Below the pieces are notes generated by a model, which was not told the origin of the DNA, did no database searches, and worked only from the letters and a program-made list of their open reading frames with translations. Shown here one piece after another: positions 1-12,200 of a stretch of 64,000 nucleotides of DNA; position 1 is the stretch's first letter, and each line of letters opens with the position of its first letter. A program made the position numbers and the translations under genes. Source of the DNA: Steroidobacteraceae bacterium (GTDB lineage Bacteria; Pseudomonadota; Gammaproteobacteria; Steroidobacterales; Steroidobacteraceae); contig DAIQBB010000007.1 in the NCBI GenBank assembly GCA_036781365.1, positions 18,169 to 82,168 on the forward strand, given 5' to 3'.

Positions 1-2004
<2,004 letters not shown>

Positions 2005-2059
2005 CGGGGCAGCCTGATAGAATAGCCCGCCCGTTCCGGGCATCGCAAAGGGATTTCCA

Positions 2060-3286
2060 GTGGCCCAGCCAAGCGGCGCGGCACTCCGCCCCGCCGAACG
2101 CCGTGTCGTTGCTTCGCTCGCCGCGATTTATGCCGTGCGGCTGCTGGGCCTGTTTCTCCTGCTTCCGGTTCTCGCCCTGCACGCGGGCGACATGCCCGGC
2201 GGAACGCCGTTGCTCGCTGGCCTCGCCGTCGGCGCCTACGGCCTCACGCAGGCCCTGATGCAGATTCCCTTCGGCGCCTGGTCCGATCGTATCGGGCGCA
2301 AGCCTCTCATCGTGGTGGGACTCATCCTGCATGTCGCTGGCTCGGCGTTCGGCGCGGTCGCGGCCACCGCTTGGTCGCTTGTTCTCGCGCGCATCGTGCA
2401 GGGGCTCGGCGCGGTTTCCGGGCCGGTGATGGCGTTGCTGGCGGACCTGACCCGACCCGAATCACGCACGCGCGCGATGTTCGCGATCGGCATGAGCATC
2501 GGCGCCTCATTCGTCATCTCGCTGGTCGCCGGGCCGCTGCTCGCGGCGGCCGTCGGCATCTCCGGCGTTTTCGTCTTGATCGGAGCGCTGGGAGTCGTGG
2601 CGCTCGCGCTCGTGCTGTTCGCGTTGCCCGCCGAGCCGCCTGCGCAGGAGCGGGGTGCTGCCCGCCGCGACTGGAGCCAGGTTCTGACGAGCGCGCTGCT
2701 GCCGCACTACGCCGGCATCTTCATGCTGCACTTGACGCTGACCGCAACCTTCATCGCCGTGCCGCATGCGCTGCGCGACCTGCATGGAATCGACGTCTCG
2801 AGGCACTGGCTGTTCTATCTCTGCGTATTTGCCGCGTCCGTTGCCCTGACCATGCCGCTTATGCTCTGGTCCGAACGCGGCGGGCGACACGGACTTGCGG
2901 CGCGAGTGGGCGGCGTCGCGCTGGTTGCGGCCCTGGCGGCACTCGTTTGGGCCAAGACGCATTTCGCCGGGCTGGCCGCGGCGCTGGTCCTTTATTTCGG
3001 AGCCTTCAACTTCCTCGAGGCGCGGCTGCCGGCGGCCCTGACCGAGTCGGTCGGCGAAGCTTCCCGCGGCGCGGCGCTCGGCGTCTTCGCAACCTGCCAG
3101 TTTGCCGGTGCCTTCGCGGGTGGCGTGGTGGGCGGCGGCCTGCTCGGAAGCCCTTGGGAACTCACGGGAATATTTGCCTGTTCCGCCGTCGTCGGCCTGG
3201 CCTGGATTCCCTGGGCAGCAGCGATAGAAATGCGTCAATCAGGCGCGATTGGCAGTGCCCGCGCCGGCGCCGGACGACTACAATGA
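2060..3286 (+). CDS. MFS transporter
   Basis: 408-aa ORF with many hydrophobic segments and an MFS motif-A-like [12 protein letters not shown]. It lies between uvrA and ssb, as in Pseudomonas. Confidence 0.85.
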   Translation: MAQPSGAALRPAERRVVASLAAIYAVRLLGLFLLLPVLALHAGDMPGGTPLLAGLAVGAYGLTQALMQIPFGAWSDRIGRKPLIVVGLILHVAGSAFGAVAATAWSLVLARIVQGLGAVSGPVMALLADLTRPESRTRAMFAIGMSIGASFVISLVAGPLLAAAVGISGVFVLIGALGVVALALVLFALPAEPPAQERGAARRDWSQVLTSALLPHYAGIFMLHLTLTATFIAVPHALRDLHGIDVSRHWLFYLCVFAASVALTMPLMLWSERGGRHGLAARVGGVALVAALAALVWAKTHFAGLAAALVLYFGAFNFLEARLPAALTESVGEASRGAALGVFATCQFAGAFAGGVVGGGLLGSPWELTGIFACSAVVGLAWIPWAAAIEMRQSGAIGSARAGAGRLQ

Positions 3287-3312
3287 GCCACTCATAACAA
3301 GCGGGGATTCCC

Positions 3313-3771
3313 ATGGCACGGGGCGTCAACAAAGTCATTCTTATCGGTCATCTCGGGCAGGATCCGCAGTCGCGCGCGATGCCCTCCGGCAAGGCCGTCG
3401 TGAACCTCCGGCTCGCGACCTCGGACCAGTGGCGCGACAAGCAGACCGGGGAGAACAAGGAAGCGACGGAATGGCACAACGTCGTGATGTTCGATCGCCT
3501 CGCCGAGATTGCGGCTGAATACCTGCGGAAGGGCTCGCACATCTATGTCGAGGGCCGGATCCGCACGCGCAAGTGGCAGGATCGCGAGGGCCAGGACCGC
3601 TACACGACCGAAATCGTCGCCAACGAAATGAACATGCTCGGTGGCCGCGGCTCGAGCGACCGCAGCGCGAGCGCTCCCGCGGAGCGCGCGCCGCAGCGGA
3701 GTGAGGAGCCGGTTGCCCGAGCTGAAGCGGCGGGCGTTGCCGAGTCCTTCGACGACGACATCCCTTTCTAG
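3313..3771 (+). CDS. ssb: Single-stranded DNA-binding protein
   Basis: 152 aa. OB-fold N-terminus [19 protein letters not shown]...TEWHNVVMF, then a low-complexity linker and the canonical acidic tip DDDIPF. Confidence 0.97.
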   Translation: MARGVNKVILIGHLGQDPQSRAMPSGKAVVNLRLATSDQWRDKQTGENKEATEWHNVVMFDRLAEIAAEYLRKGSHIYVEGRIRTRKWQDREGQDRYTTEIVANEMNMLGGRGSSDRSASAPAERAPQRSEEPVARAEAAGVAESFDDDIPF

Positions 3772-3780
3772 TGGCACCGG

Positions 3781-3837
3781 GGACTGTCCCCTTTGAGACG
3801 GGCGCATCGCGCCCGTCTCAAAGGCGGACTGTCCCCT
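3781..3837. repeat. Palindromic GTCCCCTTT-core element; probable ssb terminator hairpin
   Basis: Perfect 15-bp stem cctttgagacgggcg / cgcccgtctcaaagg (3790-3804 and 3810-3824, 5-nt loop) starting 19 nt after the ssb stop. It is flanked by the 12-nt direct repeat ggactgtcccct (3781-3792 and 3826-3837). It shares the core with the elements at 16634, 36469 and 38951. No U-run follows. Confidence 0.6.
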
Positions 3838-4025
3838 CTTGCGGAGGCGACTCCGGTCACGGATTCGCCCATGCGCCGGCACCTCCAGACCGCCTCACCG
3901 CTGCCTTCGCCCGTTTTATGTGATGTGGTTGGCGTAAGCCCCGGCCAGATTAAGTCACCATCGAGCCGATTTTTCGGGTTCCAGGCGAAGCCGTCCCTGG
4001 GGTCCGGAGAAGGGAGAGCGGCACG

Positions 4026-6860
4026 ATGGAGCTGGACCGAAGCCAGCCGCCCGGTAGCGGGCTGCGCGAAACACTGGGGCCGTGGTTCGACCACCCGGCT
4101 GCATGGTTCGTGCTGCTTTGCGTCGGGCTGACTGTTTTCTCCGCGATCGATGTCTTCGTTGACAGTGGTTCCTACGGCCAGCTCGTTTCGCTCCTCACCC
4201 GCATCGCCGCAACCGTTGCTGCGATGTTCGCCTCGTGGCGTGTCTCGCGCCTGGCTGGCCTCAAGTCCAGGCGGAGTAATGCCTGGCGCTGGCTGGCGTT
4301 CGCGCTGGCCGCCCAGCTCGCGTCGACCATCGCCGTTCCGGCCTCGCGCTCCTTCGATGACCCCGCGGTACAGGCCGCTGCAAGCCTTCTCCAGTTCGCC
4401 TTCTTCCCATGCATCGCTCTGGCCGCGACGGGACTGCTGCATTCGACGCGCGGCAAGTCATTCGGCCCGCAATTCTGGCTCGAAGCGACACTCGTCGCGC
4501 TCTGCGTGGGAACGGTCCTGTGGCTCGCGTTGCCGGGTGACCTCGCACCCGACGCATTGCCCGAGCGCGGCTCCTGGACCGTGGGCCTCGATGCCGTGAT
4601 CGGAGTTCTCGCCGCAACCCTGCTTCTGCGCCGCTCGGACTGGCAGGGCTGGCCCGGGCTCGTCGCCTTCGCATTCGCACTCTGCTCACTGCTGGGCGCG
4701 CGGCTGCTCGAAGCGCATGCGGCAGCGGCCGGCGGTACGTCATGGTTTGCGGAACCGCTGCACATCGCAGCCATTGCGACATTCGCGATCGCGGCCCACT
4801 TCGACTACGTGCGGAGTGAGCGGCGCGCGCCGCCGATGGACGCGGCAGAGCGCGGCTCGCCGTTCGCCCCGCTCATACCCTATGCGGCGCTCATGCTCGC
4901 GGGCTACGCACTCCTCGTGCTGCATAAGGGAAACTTTGCCGATCCCGCCGGGCTCATTGCCTGGGTCGTCTGCATTGCGGCAGGCCTGCTGTTCGCGCGC
5001 CAGGCCATCGCGACGGCGCTGGCGGTCGCGGTCCAGACCGGTCTCGCGACCCGCTCGGCCGAGGCCCGCTTCAACGCGCTCATCCGCAACACGGCCGACG
5101 TCATCGCGATCGTGACCGCCGAGGGCACGATCACGTACGTTACGCCCACCGCCGAGCGGATTTTCGGATTCGCAGCCCAGGACCTGATCGGCCAGCACCT
5201 CGAGGAGCTGGTCGCTTTCGACGATCGCGCGCGGCTGCGCGAATTCCTGAGCCATGACCTTGGGGCGCCAGGCGCATCGGCCAACGTCGAGGCGCGCGTG
5301 CCGCGCGGCGACGAGAAGCAGCGCGTGGTCGAGATTCACGGCACCAACATGGATTCCGAGCCCGCCATCGGCGGGCGACTGCTGAACCTGCGCGACACCA
5401 CGGACCGCAAGGGCATCGAAGAGCAGCTGAAGCGCATGGCTTTCCACGACCCGCTGACGCTGCTCGCGAACCGTTCGCTGTTCCGCGACCGCGTCGAGCA
5501 CGCGGTCGCCGTCAGCAGGCGGAACGGCCGCGGCGTCGCCGTGATATTCGTCGACCTCGACAACTTCAAGCGGATCAACGACTCGTTTGGGCACGGAATT
5601 GGCGACCGCGTGCTCCACAAGAGCGCGCAGCGGCTCGTCAAGTCGACTCGAAACGGCGACACAGTCGCGCGCCTCGGCGGCGACGAATTCGCGGTGCTGC
5701 TCGAGAACCTGACCGCCAAGGAGCAGGTGATCGAGATCGCCTCGCGTATCGTCGAGTCGTTGCAGGAATCCCTCGACCTGCCGGGCGCGGACATGCGTGT
5801 CGCGGCAAGCGTCGGCGTCGCATTCGCGACTCCCGAGGACGGCGTCGAGGAGCTCATGCGAAACGCCGACGTTGCCATGTATTCGGCCAAGGCGCAGGGC
5901 AAAGGCCGCTTCACCGTCTACGAGCCATCCATGCAGCGCGCGGTCAGCAGGCGCCAGGAGATGGAAGCCGAAATTTCGCAGGCGATCAACGAGAGCCAGT
6001 TCCTTCTTCACTACCAGCCGATCGTCGAGCTGAAATCCGGTTACCTGTTGGGGGTCGAGGCGCTCATACGCTGGCGTCACCCCAAGCGCGGCACGATCGC
6101 TCCGGCCGAGTTCATCCCGGTGGCCGAAGAGACTGGCCAGATCGTACCTCTCGGCCGCTGGGTGCTTGCCCAGGCCTGTCGCGAAGTGCGCGTCTGGCAG
6201 GCTCGCCTGCCCGAAGGCCGCCAGGTTCGCGTCGGCGTCAATGTCTCCGCGGTCCAGCTCGCCAAGTCCGACATTTGCGCCGACGTGCAGAAGGCGCTCG
6301 ACATTTCGGAGATCGATCCGGGCTGCCTGGTGATCGAGCTGACGGAAAGCGTGCTGATGCAGAACAGCGAGGACGTGCTCGCCACGCTCACGCAACTCAA
6401 GAAACTCGGCGTGCGCATCGCGATCGACGACTTCGGCACGGGCTATTCGTCGCTGTCCTACCTGCACCGGTTCCCGATCGACATCCTGAAGATCGACCGC
6501 TCGTTCGTGGAGCAGCTCGGCACGATCGACGAGGGCGCCGGGCTCGCGAAATCGATCATCACGCTCGGTGGGACGCTCGGTCTCGAGGTCGTCGCCGAGG
6601 GCATCGAACTCGAACAGCAACAGCGCGAACTGATCGAGCTCGGCTGCGTGGGCGGGCAGGGGTACTACTATTCGAGGCCCGCCCTGTTGCACGAGCTTGA
6701 GTACTCCGTGCACATGGCCCGGCGCCGCACGATGGCCGACACCCTGCCGCAGGGCGCGCGCATCACGGCGACCGGCCGCTTCGTGATGGGCGACCTGAAG
6801 CCCGCCGACTTCGTCGCGACCGGAACTTTCGGTCGCGAAATGGCGCGTAAAAATAAGTAA
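4026..6860 (+). CDS. Membrane-anchored PAS-GGDEF-EAL cyclic-di-GMP signalling protein
   Basis: 944 aa. About 330 aa of multi-TM N-terminus are followed by a PAS-like segment (NTADVIAIVTAEGTITYVTPTAERIFG). The GGDEF motif is RLGGDEFAVLL. The EAL motifs are GVEALIRW and DDFGTGYSSLSYL. Confidence 0.9.
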   Translation: MELDRSQPPGSGLRETLGPWFDHPAAWFVLLCVGLTVFSAIDVFVDSGSYGQLVSLLTRIAATVAAMFASWRVSRLAGLKSRRSNAWRWLAFALAAQLASTIAVPASRSFDDPAVQAAASLLQFAFFPCIALAATGLLHSTRGKSFGPQFWLEATLVALCVGTVLWLALPGDLAPDALPERGSWTVGLDAVIGVLAATLLLRRSDWQGWPGLVAFAFALCSLLGARLLEAHAAAAGGTSWFAEPLHIAAIATFAIAAHFDYVRSERRAPPMDAAERGSPFAPLIPYAALMLAGYALLVLHKGNFADPAGLIAWVVCIAAGLLFARQAIATALAVAVQTGLATRSAEARFNALIRNTADVIAIVTAEGTITYVTPTAERIFGFAAQDLIGQHLEELVAFDDRARLREFLSHDLGAPGASANVEARVPRGDEKQRVVEIHGTNMDSEPAIGGRLLNLRDTTDRKGIEEQLKRMAFHDPLTLLANRSLFRDRVEHAVAVSRRNGRGVAVIFVDLDNFKRINDSFGHGIGDRVLHKSAQRLVKSTRNGDTVARLGGDEFAVLLENLTAKEQVIEIASRIVESLQESLDLPGADMRVAASVGVAFATPEDGVEELMRNADVAMYSAKAQGKGRFTVYEPSMQRAVSRRQEMEAEISQAINESQFLLHYQPIVELKSGYLLGVEALIRWRHPKRGTIAPAEFIPVAEETGQIVPLGRWVLAQACREVRVWQARLPEGRQVRVGVNVSAVQLAKSDICADVQKALDISEIDPGCLVIELTESVLMQNSEDVLATLTQLKKLGVRIAIDDFGTGYSSLSYLHRFPIDILKIDRSFVEQLGTIDEGAGLAKSIITLGGTLGLEVVAEGIELEQQQRELIELGCVGGQGYYYSRPALLHELEYSVHMARRRTMADTLPQGARITATGRFVMGDLKPADFVATGTFGREMARKNK

Positions 6861-6874
6861 AAACAATGGGTTAC

Positions 6875-6896
6875 AAGCCGCCTGAGACGGCGGCTT
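6875..6896 (+). terminator. Weak hairpin downstream of the GGDEF-EAL gene
   Basis: Stem aagccgcc / ggcggctt with a 6-nt loop, 15 nt after the stop. No U-run follows, so the terminator function is uncertain. Confidence 0.3.
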
Positions 6897-6975
6897 CGAT
6901 GTTGCGGTGCTTCATCGGGGAGCCCAAAACCGGTACCCTAGGCGCCCTTTTCGCACTGGAGCGCCCACCCGACAC

Positions 6976-8301
6976 ATGAGCGGCCGGCTCTACATTTCGA
7001 CGTTCGGCTGCCAGATGAACGAATACGATTCGGCGCGGATGGCGGACGTCCTCCGCGAATCCGACGGCCTCGAGATCACGGCCGACCCGGAACAGGCCGA
7101 TGTCGTGCTCCTCAATACCTGTTCGGTCCGCGAGAAAGCGCAGGAAAAGGTTTTTTCCTACCTGGGCAAATGGCGATTGCTCAAGCTCCGCCGTCCGGAG
7201 CTGCTGATCGGTGTCGGCGGCTGCGTCGCGAGCCAGGAAGGCGAGGGCATCCTGGAGCGCGCTCCATTCGTCGACCTGGTCTTCGGCCCGCAAACGATCC
7301 ACCGGCTTCCCGCCATGATCGCGGCACTACGCGCGACGGGTCAGCCGCAGGTTGATATCTCGTTCCCGGAGATCGAGAAGTTCGACCGTCTGCCGGAACC
7401 CCGTGCCGTGGGTGCCACGGCGTTCGTTTCCATCATGGAAGGCTGCAGCCGCTACTGCAGCTTCTGTGTCGTGCCTTACACGCGCGGCGAAGAGATGAGC
7501 CGTCCGTTCCAGCAGGTAATGAACGAGGTCGGATCCCTGGTGGAGCAGGGCGTACGCGAAGTCACGCTCCTCGGCCAGAACGTCAACGCGTACCGCGGCC
7601 CCGCGGTGGATGGAACACTCGTGGATCTCGCGAGCCTGATCCGTCACGTAGCCCGCCTCAACGGGCTCGAACGCATCCGCTTTACTACTTCGCATCCGCT
7701 CGAATTCACACAGGCGCTCGTGGACGCTTATGCGGAAGTGCCAAAGCTTGCGAACTACCTGCACCTCCCGGTGCAAAGCGGGTCGGACCGGATCCTTGCC
7801 GTGATGAAGCGCGGCTACACGCGGCTCGAGTACAAGCAGAAGATCCGCCGCCTGCGCGCCGCGCGCCCGGACATCAGCCTGTCGTCGGATTTCATCGTGG
7901 GCTTTCCGGGCGAGACGGATGCCGATTTCCAGCAGACGCTCGAGCTGATCTCGGACGTCGGCTTCGACCAGTCGTTCAGCTTCCTCTATAGCAGGCGGCC
8001 CGGGACCCCCGCCGCCTCGCTGCCGGACCAGGTGCCGCACGAGGTCAAGCAGCAACGGCTCGAGATCCTGCAGGCGCAGGTCAATGGCCAGGCCCGGCGC
8101 ATCAGCGAGGGCATGGTCGGGAGCCTGCAGCGGGTGCTGGTCGAGAAGCCTTCGCGCCGCAATCCGCGCCAACTCGCGGGCCGGACGGAGAACATGCGCT
8201 GGGTGAACTTTGACGGGCCGCAATCGCTCGTCGACCGCTTCGCGGAGGTTCGCATCACCGAGGCGATGCCGAATTCGCTGCGCGGCCGGCTGGTCGCTTG
8301 A
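6976..8301 (+). CDS. miaB: tRNA-i6A37 methylthiotransferase MiaB
   Basis: The internal ATG at 6976 gives [19 protein letters not shown], the typical MiaB N-terminus. The radical-SAM motif is [15 protein letters not shown]. The 464-aa track ORF is N-terminally over-extended. The miaB-ybeZ-ybeY-corC-lnt order matches E. coli. Confidence 0.95.
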   Translation: MSGRLYISTFGCQMNEYDSARMADVLRESDGLEITADPEQADVVLLNTCSVREKAQEKVFSYLGKWRLLKLRRPELLIGVGGCVASQEGEGILERAPFVDLVFGPQTIHRLPAMIAALRATGQPQVDISFPEIEKFDRLPEPRAVGATAFVSIMEGCSRYCSFCVVPYTRGEEMSRPFQQVMNEVGSLVEQGVREVTLLGQNVNAYRGPAVDGTLVDLASLIRHVARLNGLERIRFTTSHPLEFTQALVDAYAEVPKLANYLHLPVQSGSDRILAVMKRGYTRLEYKQKIRRLRAARPDISLSSDFIVGFPGETDADFQQTLELISDVGFDQSFSFLYSRRPGTPAASLPDQVPHEVKQQRLEILQAQVNGQARRISEGMVGSLQRVLVEKPSRRNPRQLAGRTENMRWVNFDGPQSLVDRFAEVRITEAMPNSLRGRLVA

Positions 8302-9260
8302 ACGCAGCGCCCGAATCCAGCGTCGATTTCGGCGCGGAAGACAATGCGCGGCTGGCCGCGGTCTGCGGGCCGCTCGACGAGAATCTGCACCAGATCGAGA
8401 ACCGGCTCGGCGTCGAGATTCGCCGGCGCTCGGGCCGCTTTTCCGTGCGCGGTGCGAATGCGCCCACGGGGGCAGCCGTGCTGCGGGTCCTCTACGAGCG
8501 CGCGGGCACTCAGCCCGTGACGCCGGAGGATGTGCACCTCGCGATCCAGGAGAGCGGCATGGGCGCGCAGCTCGCGGACGACGAGCATGCCGTCGAGACG
8601 CTCCGCGGCCTGATCCGCGGTCGCGGCGCGAACCAGCAGCAGTATCTCCACGCCATCCGCACGCACGACCTGACTTTCGGCATCGGCCCTGCGGGCACCG
8701 GCAAGACCTACCTCGCGGTCGCTTGTGCGGTGGAGGCGATGCAGCGTGAGAGCGTGAGGCGGCTTGTGCTCGTGCGTCCCGCGGTTGAAGCGGGCGAAAG
8801 GCTTGGCTTCCTGCCCGGCGACCTCACGCAGAAGGTCGACCCCTACCTGCGCCCGATGTACGACGCTCTCTACGAGATGATCGGCTTTGATCGCGTCGCG
8901 CGATTGATCGAGCGAAGCGTCATCGAGGTCGCGCCGCTCGCCTTCATGCGCGGGCGCACGCTGAACGAGGCCTTTATCATCCTGGACGAGGCGCAGAACA
9001 CCACGGTCGAGCAGATCAAGATGTTCCTCACGCGCATCGGCTTCGGCTCGCGCGCCGTGGTGACCGGCGACATCACCCAGACTGACCTGCCGGCCCACCG
9101 GCAATCAGGACTCCGGCACGCGCTCGAGGTGCTGGACGGAGTCCAGGGCATCGCGGTCACGCGCTTCACGGCGCGGGACGTCGTGCGCCATCCCCTCGTG
9201 CAGCGGATCGTCGAGGCCTACGAGCGCGAGTCGGGTGACAGCAACGGAGGCGGCAAGTGA
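8298..9260 (+). CDS. ybeZ: PhoH-like ATPase YbeZ
   Basis: 320 aa with Walker [13 protein letters not shown]. It has a 4-nt overlap with the miaB stop and the conserved position. Confidence 0.9.
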   Translation: MNAAPESSVDFGAEDNARLAAVCGPLDENLHQIENRLGVEIRRRSGRFSVRGANAPTGAAVLRVLYERAGTQPVTPEDVHLAIQESGMGAQLADDEHAVETLRGLIRGRGANQQQYLHAIRTHDLTFGIGPAGTGKTYLAVACAVEAMQRESVRRLVLVRPAVEAGERLGFLPGDLTQKVDPYLRPMYDALYEMIGFDRVARLIERSVIEVAPLAFMRGRTLNEAFIILDEAQNTTVEQIKMFLTRIGFGSRAVVTGDITQTDLPAHRQSGLRHALEVLDGVQGIAVTRFTARDVVRHPLVQRIVEAYERESGDSNGGGK

Positions 9261-9697
9261 CGCTCGACGTCGTGCTCAGTTATCGCACGCGCCGGCCCTG
9301 GGCGCCCGGCCCGTCGAGCCTTCGCGACTGGGCGCGGCTCGCTGCCGGCGGCCGCCGCGGCGAGCTCGGCATCCGCGTGGTCGGGAGCAAGGAGAGCCGC
9401 GCATTGAACGAGCGCTGGCGCGGCCGCGCGAAACCGACCAACGTCCTTTCGTTTCCGGCGGCAAGGGGCCTGCGCCGCAGGCAGCTGGGCGACCTCGTCG
9501 TATGCGCGCCGGTCGTCGCGCGCGAGGCGCGCGAGCAAGGCAAGGCGCTCCGGGCCCACTGGGCCCACATGATCGTCCATGGGACGCTGCACCTGCTCGG
9601 CTTCGACCACGAACGCGCGAAAGACGCGCAGCTCATGGAAAACCGGGAACGAGCTTTACTCGCGCGGCTCGGCATTGCGGACCCGTACGGAGACTGA
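9257..9697 (+). CDS. ybeY: rRNA maturation endoribonuclease YbeY
   Basis: 146 aa with the zinc motif HGTLHLLGFDH. It overlaps the ybeZ stop. Confidence 0.93.
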   Translation: MTLDVVLSYRTRRPWAPGPSSLRDWARLAAGGRRGELGIRVVGSKESRALNERWRGRAKPTNVLSFPAARGLRRRQLGDLVVCAPVVAREAREQGKALRAHWAHMIVHGTLHLLGFDHERAKDAQLMENRERALLARLGIADPYGD

Positions 9698-9701
9698 GTC
9701 G

Positions 9702-10550
9702 ATGGCGAAGCGCAAAGGTGGAAGCTGGCTTCGGCGCCTCACGCAGGAGGGGCCACGCGACCGGGCGGAACTGGTCGAGGCCCTGCGCGCGGCGGCGCGC
9801 GGCGGCATCATCGACGCCGACGCGCTCGCGATGATCCAGGGCGTGCTGCGGGTCTCGGACCAGCATGTGCGCGACATCATGGTGCCGCGCTCGCAGATGG
9901 TGGTGCTCGAGCGGGATTCGGGGCCGCAAAAGCTGCTGCCGGCGGTCATCGAATCCGGGCATTCGCGTTTTCCGGTCATCGGCGACGACCGCGACCAGAT
10001 CGTCGGCATCCTGCTCGCCAAGGATCTCCTCCGCTATTACGCCGAGGGTGCGAAAGGGAACTTTGACATCCGCGAAGTGCTCCGACCCGCCTCGTTCGTG
10101 CCGGAGAGCAAGCGCCTGAACGTGCTGCTCAAGGAATTCCGCGTCAGCCGCAACCACATGGCCATCGTGGTGGACGAGTATGGCGGCGTATCGGGGCTGG
10201 TCACGATCGAGGACGTGATCGAAGAGATCGTCGGCGAGATCGCCGACGAATACGACACGGACGAGGACCAGACCATCCGGCGCGATGGCGACCGGCAGTT
10301 CGTCGTGCAGGCGCTCACGCGCATGCAGGAGTTCAACGAGTATTTCGCGACGCGCTTCAGCGACGAGGAATACGACACGATCGGCGGCCTCGTGATGCAC
10401 CAGTTCGGACGCCTGCCGCGTCGCGGGGAAGCGGTGACCATGGACGGCCTGGAATTCAAGGTGCTGCGTGCGGATCGCCGCCGAATCGACCAGTTGCGTG
10501 TGACGACGCCGGAGCCCGTGCCCCCGCGGCCGGGCGAGGCGCAGGCGTGA
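9702..10550 (+). CDS. corC: CBS-pair / CorC_HlyC domain protein (CorC/YbeX)
   Basis: The internal ATG at 9702 (MAKRKGGSWLRRL...) lies 5 nt after the ybeY stop. A CBS-pair region is followed by the C-terminal transporter-associated domain. The track ORF 9579.. is over-extended. Confidence 0.9.
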   Translation: MAKRKGGSWLRRLTQEGPRDRAELVEALRAAARGGIIDADALAMIQGVLRVSDQHVRDIMVPRSQMVVLERDSGPQKLLPAVIESGHSRFPVIGDDRDQIVGILLAKDLLRYYAEGAKGNFDIREVLRPASFVPESKRLNVLLKEFRVSRNHMAIVVDEYGGVSGLVTIEDVIEEIVGEIADEYDTDEDQTIRRDGDRQFVVQALTRMQEFNEYFATRFSDEEYDTIGGLVMHQFGRLPRRGEAVTMDGLEFKVLRADRRRIDQLRVTTPEPVPPRPGEAQA

Positions 10551-12067
10551 CAGGGGCGGTCGGGCCGATCTCGAGGCTCCTGCGCTACCGCGAGTTGATT
10601 GCGGCCATTGCGGGCGCCGCAACGTCTTTCGCGTTCGCGCCGTATGGCTTCCACTTTCTCGCCTGGCTCGGGCCTGCGGCGCTCTTCCTTCTCTGGGAAT
10701 ATGCGTCGCCCCGTGACGCCGCACGCACGGGCTTCTGGTTCGGCGCTGCGCTCTTCGGCGCCGGCACCTGGTGGATCTACACGGCGATCCACGATTTTGG
10801 TCAGGCGCCCGCCTGGCTCGCGGTATTCCTGGTTGCGGCGCTGCTCGCGATCAAGGGTGCGTACTACGCACTGCTCGGCTACGTCGCCATGCGCATTGCG
10901 CCCGATCCCTCCCCGGCGCGGTCGCTGCTCCTGATTCCGGCAGCCTGGATCCTGATGGAGTGGCTGCGCGCCTGGCTCTTCACGGGGTTTCCGTGGCTGC
11001 AACTCGGCTACGCGCAAAGCGACTCGCCGCTCGCGGCGCTGTCGACGATCGGGGGCATTCACCTGGTCACCTTCTCCACCGTCGTGATGGCGGGCGCCAT
11101 CATCGTGCTGTTCCACCATGCCGGCCGCGCACGCATCGCCGCGATCGTCCTGGCCGGTGTCCTGTGGGGCAGCGGCTGGCTGCTGACCGGGCATGAGTGG
11201 ACGAAGCCGTCGGCCAGGCCGATCGATATCGCACTGCTGCAGGGCGCGATTCCGCAGGACGAGAAATGGCTGGTCGAGAACCGGGCTGCCACGCTCGACA
11301 AGTACCGCGCCCTCAATCGCGAGGCGCTCGGCGCGCGCATCATCGTCTGGCCGGAGTCCGCGGTGCCCGTGCTCGCCCACGAGGCAGAAGTCTATCTGGC
11401 GGCGATCAGGCATGAGTCGGCGGCGCGCGGTTCGGACGTCATGATCGGCCTGCTGCGCTTCGACTTCGAGACCGCCGAGATCAGGAACGGCCTGTACTCC
11501 ATGAGCGCCGCAGGCGACGGCTGGTACTTCAAGCGCAGGCTCGTGCCATTCGGGGAGTTCTTTCCGGTGCCGGAAGCGGTGCGCAAGTGGATGCGGCTGC
11601 ACAGCCTGCCGTACTACGACATGACGCCGGGCGCGGAGGATCAGCCGCCCTTGAAGGCGGGCGGTGAACGCCTGGCGGCGACGATCTGCTACGAGGACGC
11701 TTACGGCGCCGATCAGCTCGCCGTGCTTCCGCACTCGACGCTGCTCGTCAACGTCACCAACAACGCATGGTTCGGGGATTCCTCGGCACCCCACCAGCAG
11801 TTGCAGATGGCGCGATTTCGCGCGCTCGAAGCCGGCCGCTGGCTCATGCGCGCAACGAGCAACGGCATCACCGCCGTGATCGGTCCCGACGGCGCAGTCA
11901 TCGCGCGCATCCCGCAATTCGAGGCCGGCGTCCTGAAGTCCAGGGTGGAGCCACGCACCGGCCTCACGCCTTACGCGCGCACCGGCAACTGGCCGATCCT
12001 GTCGTTCGCCTTCCTGCTACTGATTGCTTTCGGCGTCGCGCGCGTGCGTGCGAGAAAGGCTGTCTGA
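10547..12067 (+). CDS. lnt: Apolipoprotein N-acyltransferase
   Basis: 506 aa. The multi-TM N-terminal half is followed by a C-N hydrolase domain with the catalytic Cys context ATICYEDAYG. It is downstream of corC, as in E. coli. Confidence 0.93.
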   Translation: MTGAVGPISRLLRYRELIAAIAGAATSFAFAPYGFHFLAWLGPAALFLLWEYASPRDAARTGFWFGAALFGAGTWWIYTAIHDFGQAPAWLAVFLVAALLAIKGAYYALLGYVAMRIAPDPSPARSLLLIPAAWILMEWLRAWLFTGFPWLQLGYAQSDSPLAALSTIGGIHLVTFSTVVMAGAIIVLFHHAGRARIAAIVLAGVLWGSGWLLTGHEWTKPSARPIDIALLQGAIPQDEKWLVENRAATLDKYRALNREALGARIIVWPESAVPVLAHEAEVYLAAIRHESAARGSDVMIGLLRFDFETAEIRNGLYSMSAAGDGWYFKRRLVPFGEFFPVPEAVRKWMRLHSLPYYDMTPGAEDQPPLKAGGERLAATICYEDAYGADQLAVLPHSTLLVNVTNNAWFGDSSAPHQQLQMARFRALEAGRWLMRATSNGITAVIGPDGAVIARIPQFEAGVLKSRVEPRTGLTPYARTGNWPILSFAFLLLIAFGVARVRARKAV

Positions 12068-12180
12068 GGCCGTCCATCAGGAGGACGTTCTCAGGACCGC
12101 CGTGAATCCGTCCCTGGAGGCTTCGGGCGCGCCATCCCTGGCGCACACGATCCTGAGAACGTCCTCCTGACGGACGGCCT
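12067..12180. repeat. Long inverted repeat (30-bp arms, 54-nt loop) filling the lnt-leuS spacer
   Basis: Arms aggccgtccatcaggaggacgttctcagga (12067-12096) and tcctgagaacgtcctcctgacggacggcct (12151-12180) are 29/30 complementary. The loop holds two TCCCTGG modules next to GGCGCG. The left arm starts in the lnt stop codon. Confidence 0.85.
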
Positions 12181-12200
12181 AAGGTATCCTCCCCAGTTCG

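Noticed and set aside
2005-2059. LexA/SOS box expected in the uvrA / ssb-side divergent promoter
   Set aside because: Neither a CTGT-N8-ACAG nor a TTAGTA-N-TACTAA-type palindrome is present. Only a TAGAAT -10-like hexamer is seen.
3919-3934. CRP/Clp-like site tgtga-tgtggt-tggcg upstream of the GGDEF-EAL gene
   Set aside because: Only the left half-site matches TGTGA-N6-TCACA. The right half does not.
4740-6866. Very long ORFs antisense to recognised genes. Examples are 4740..6866 (708 aa), 10037..11917 (626 aa), 11964..13823 (619 aa), 21632..23674 (680 aa), 37404..38675 (423 aa), 51471..52478 and 62445..63521.
   Set aside because: Their translations are Arg/Ala/Pro/Gly-rich with no recognisable motifs. 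In every case the opposite strand encodes a protein with clear family signatures. Stop-codon depletion on the antisense strand is expected at this GC content.
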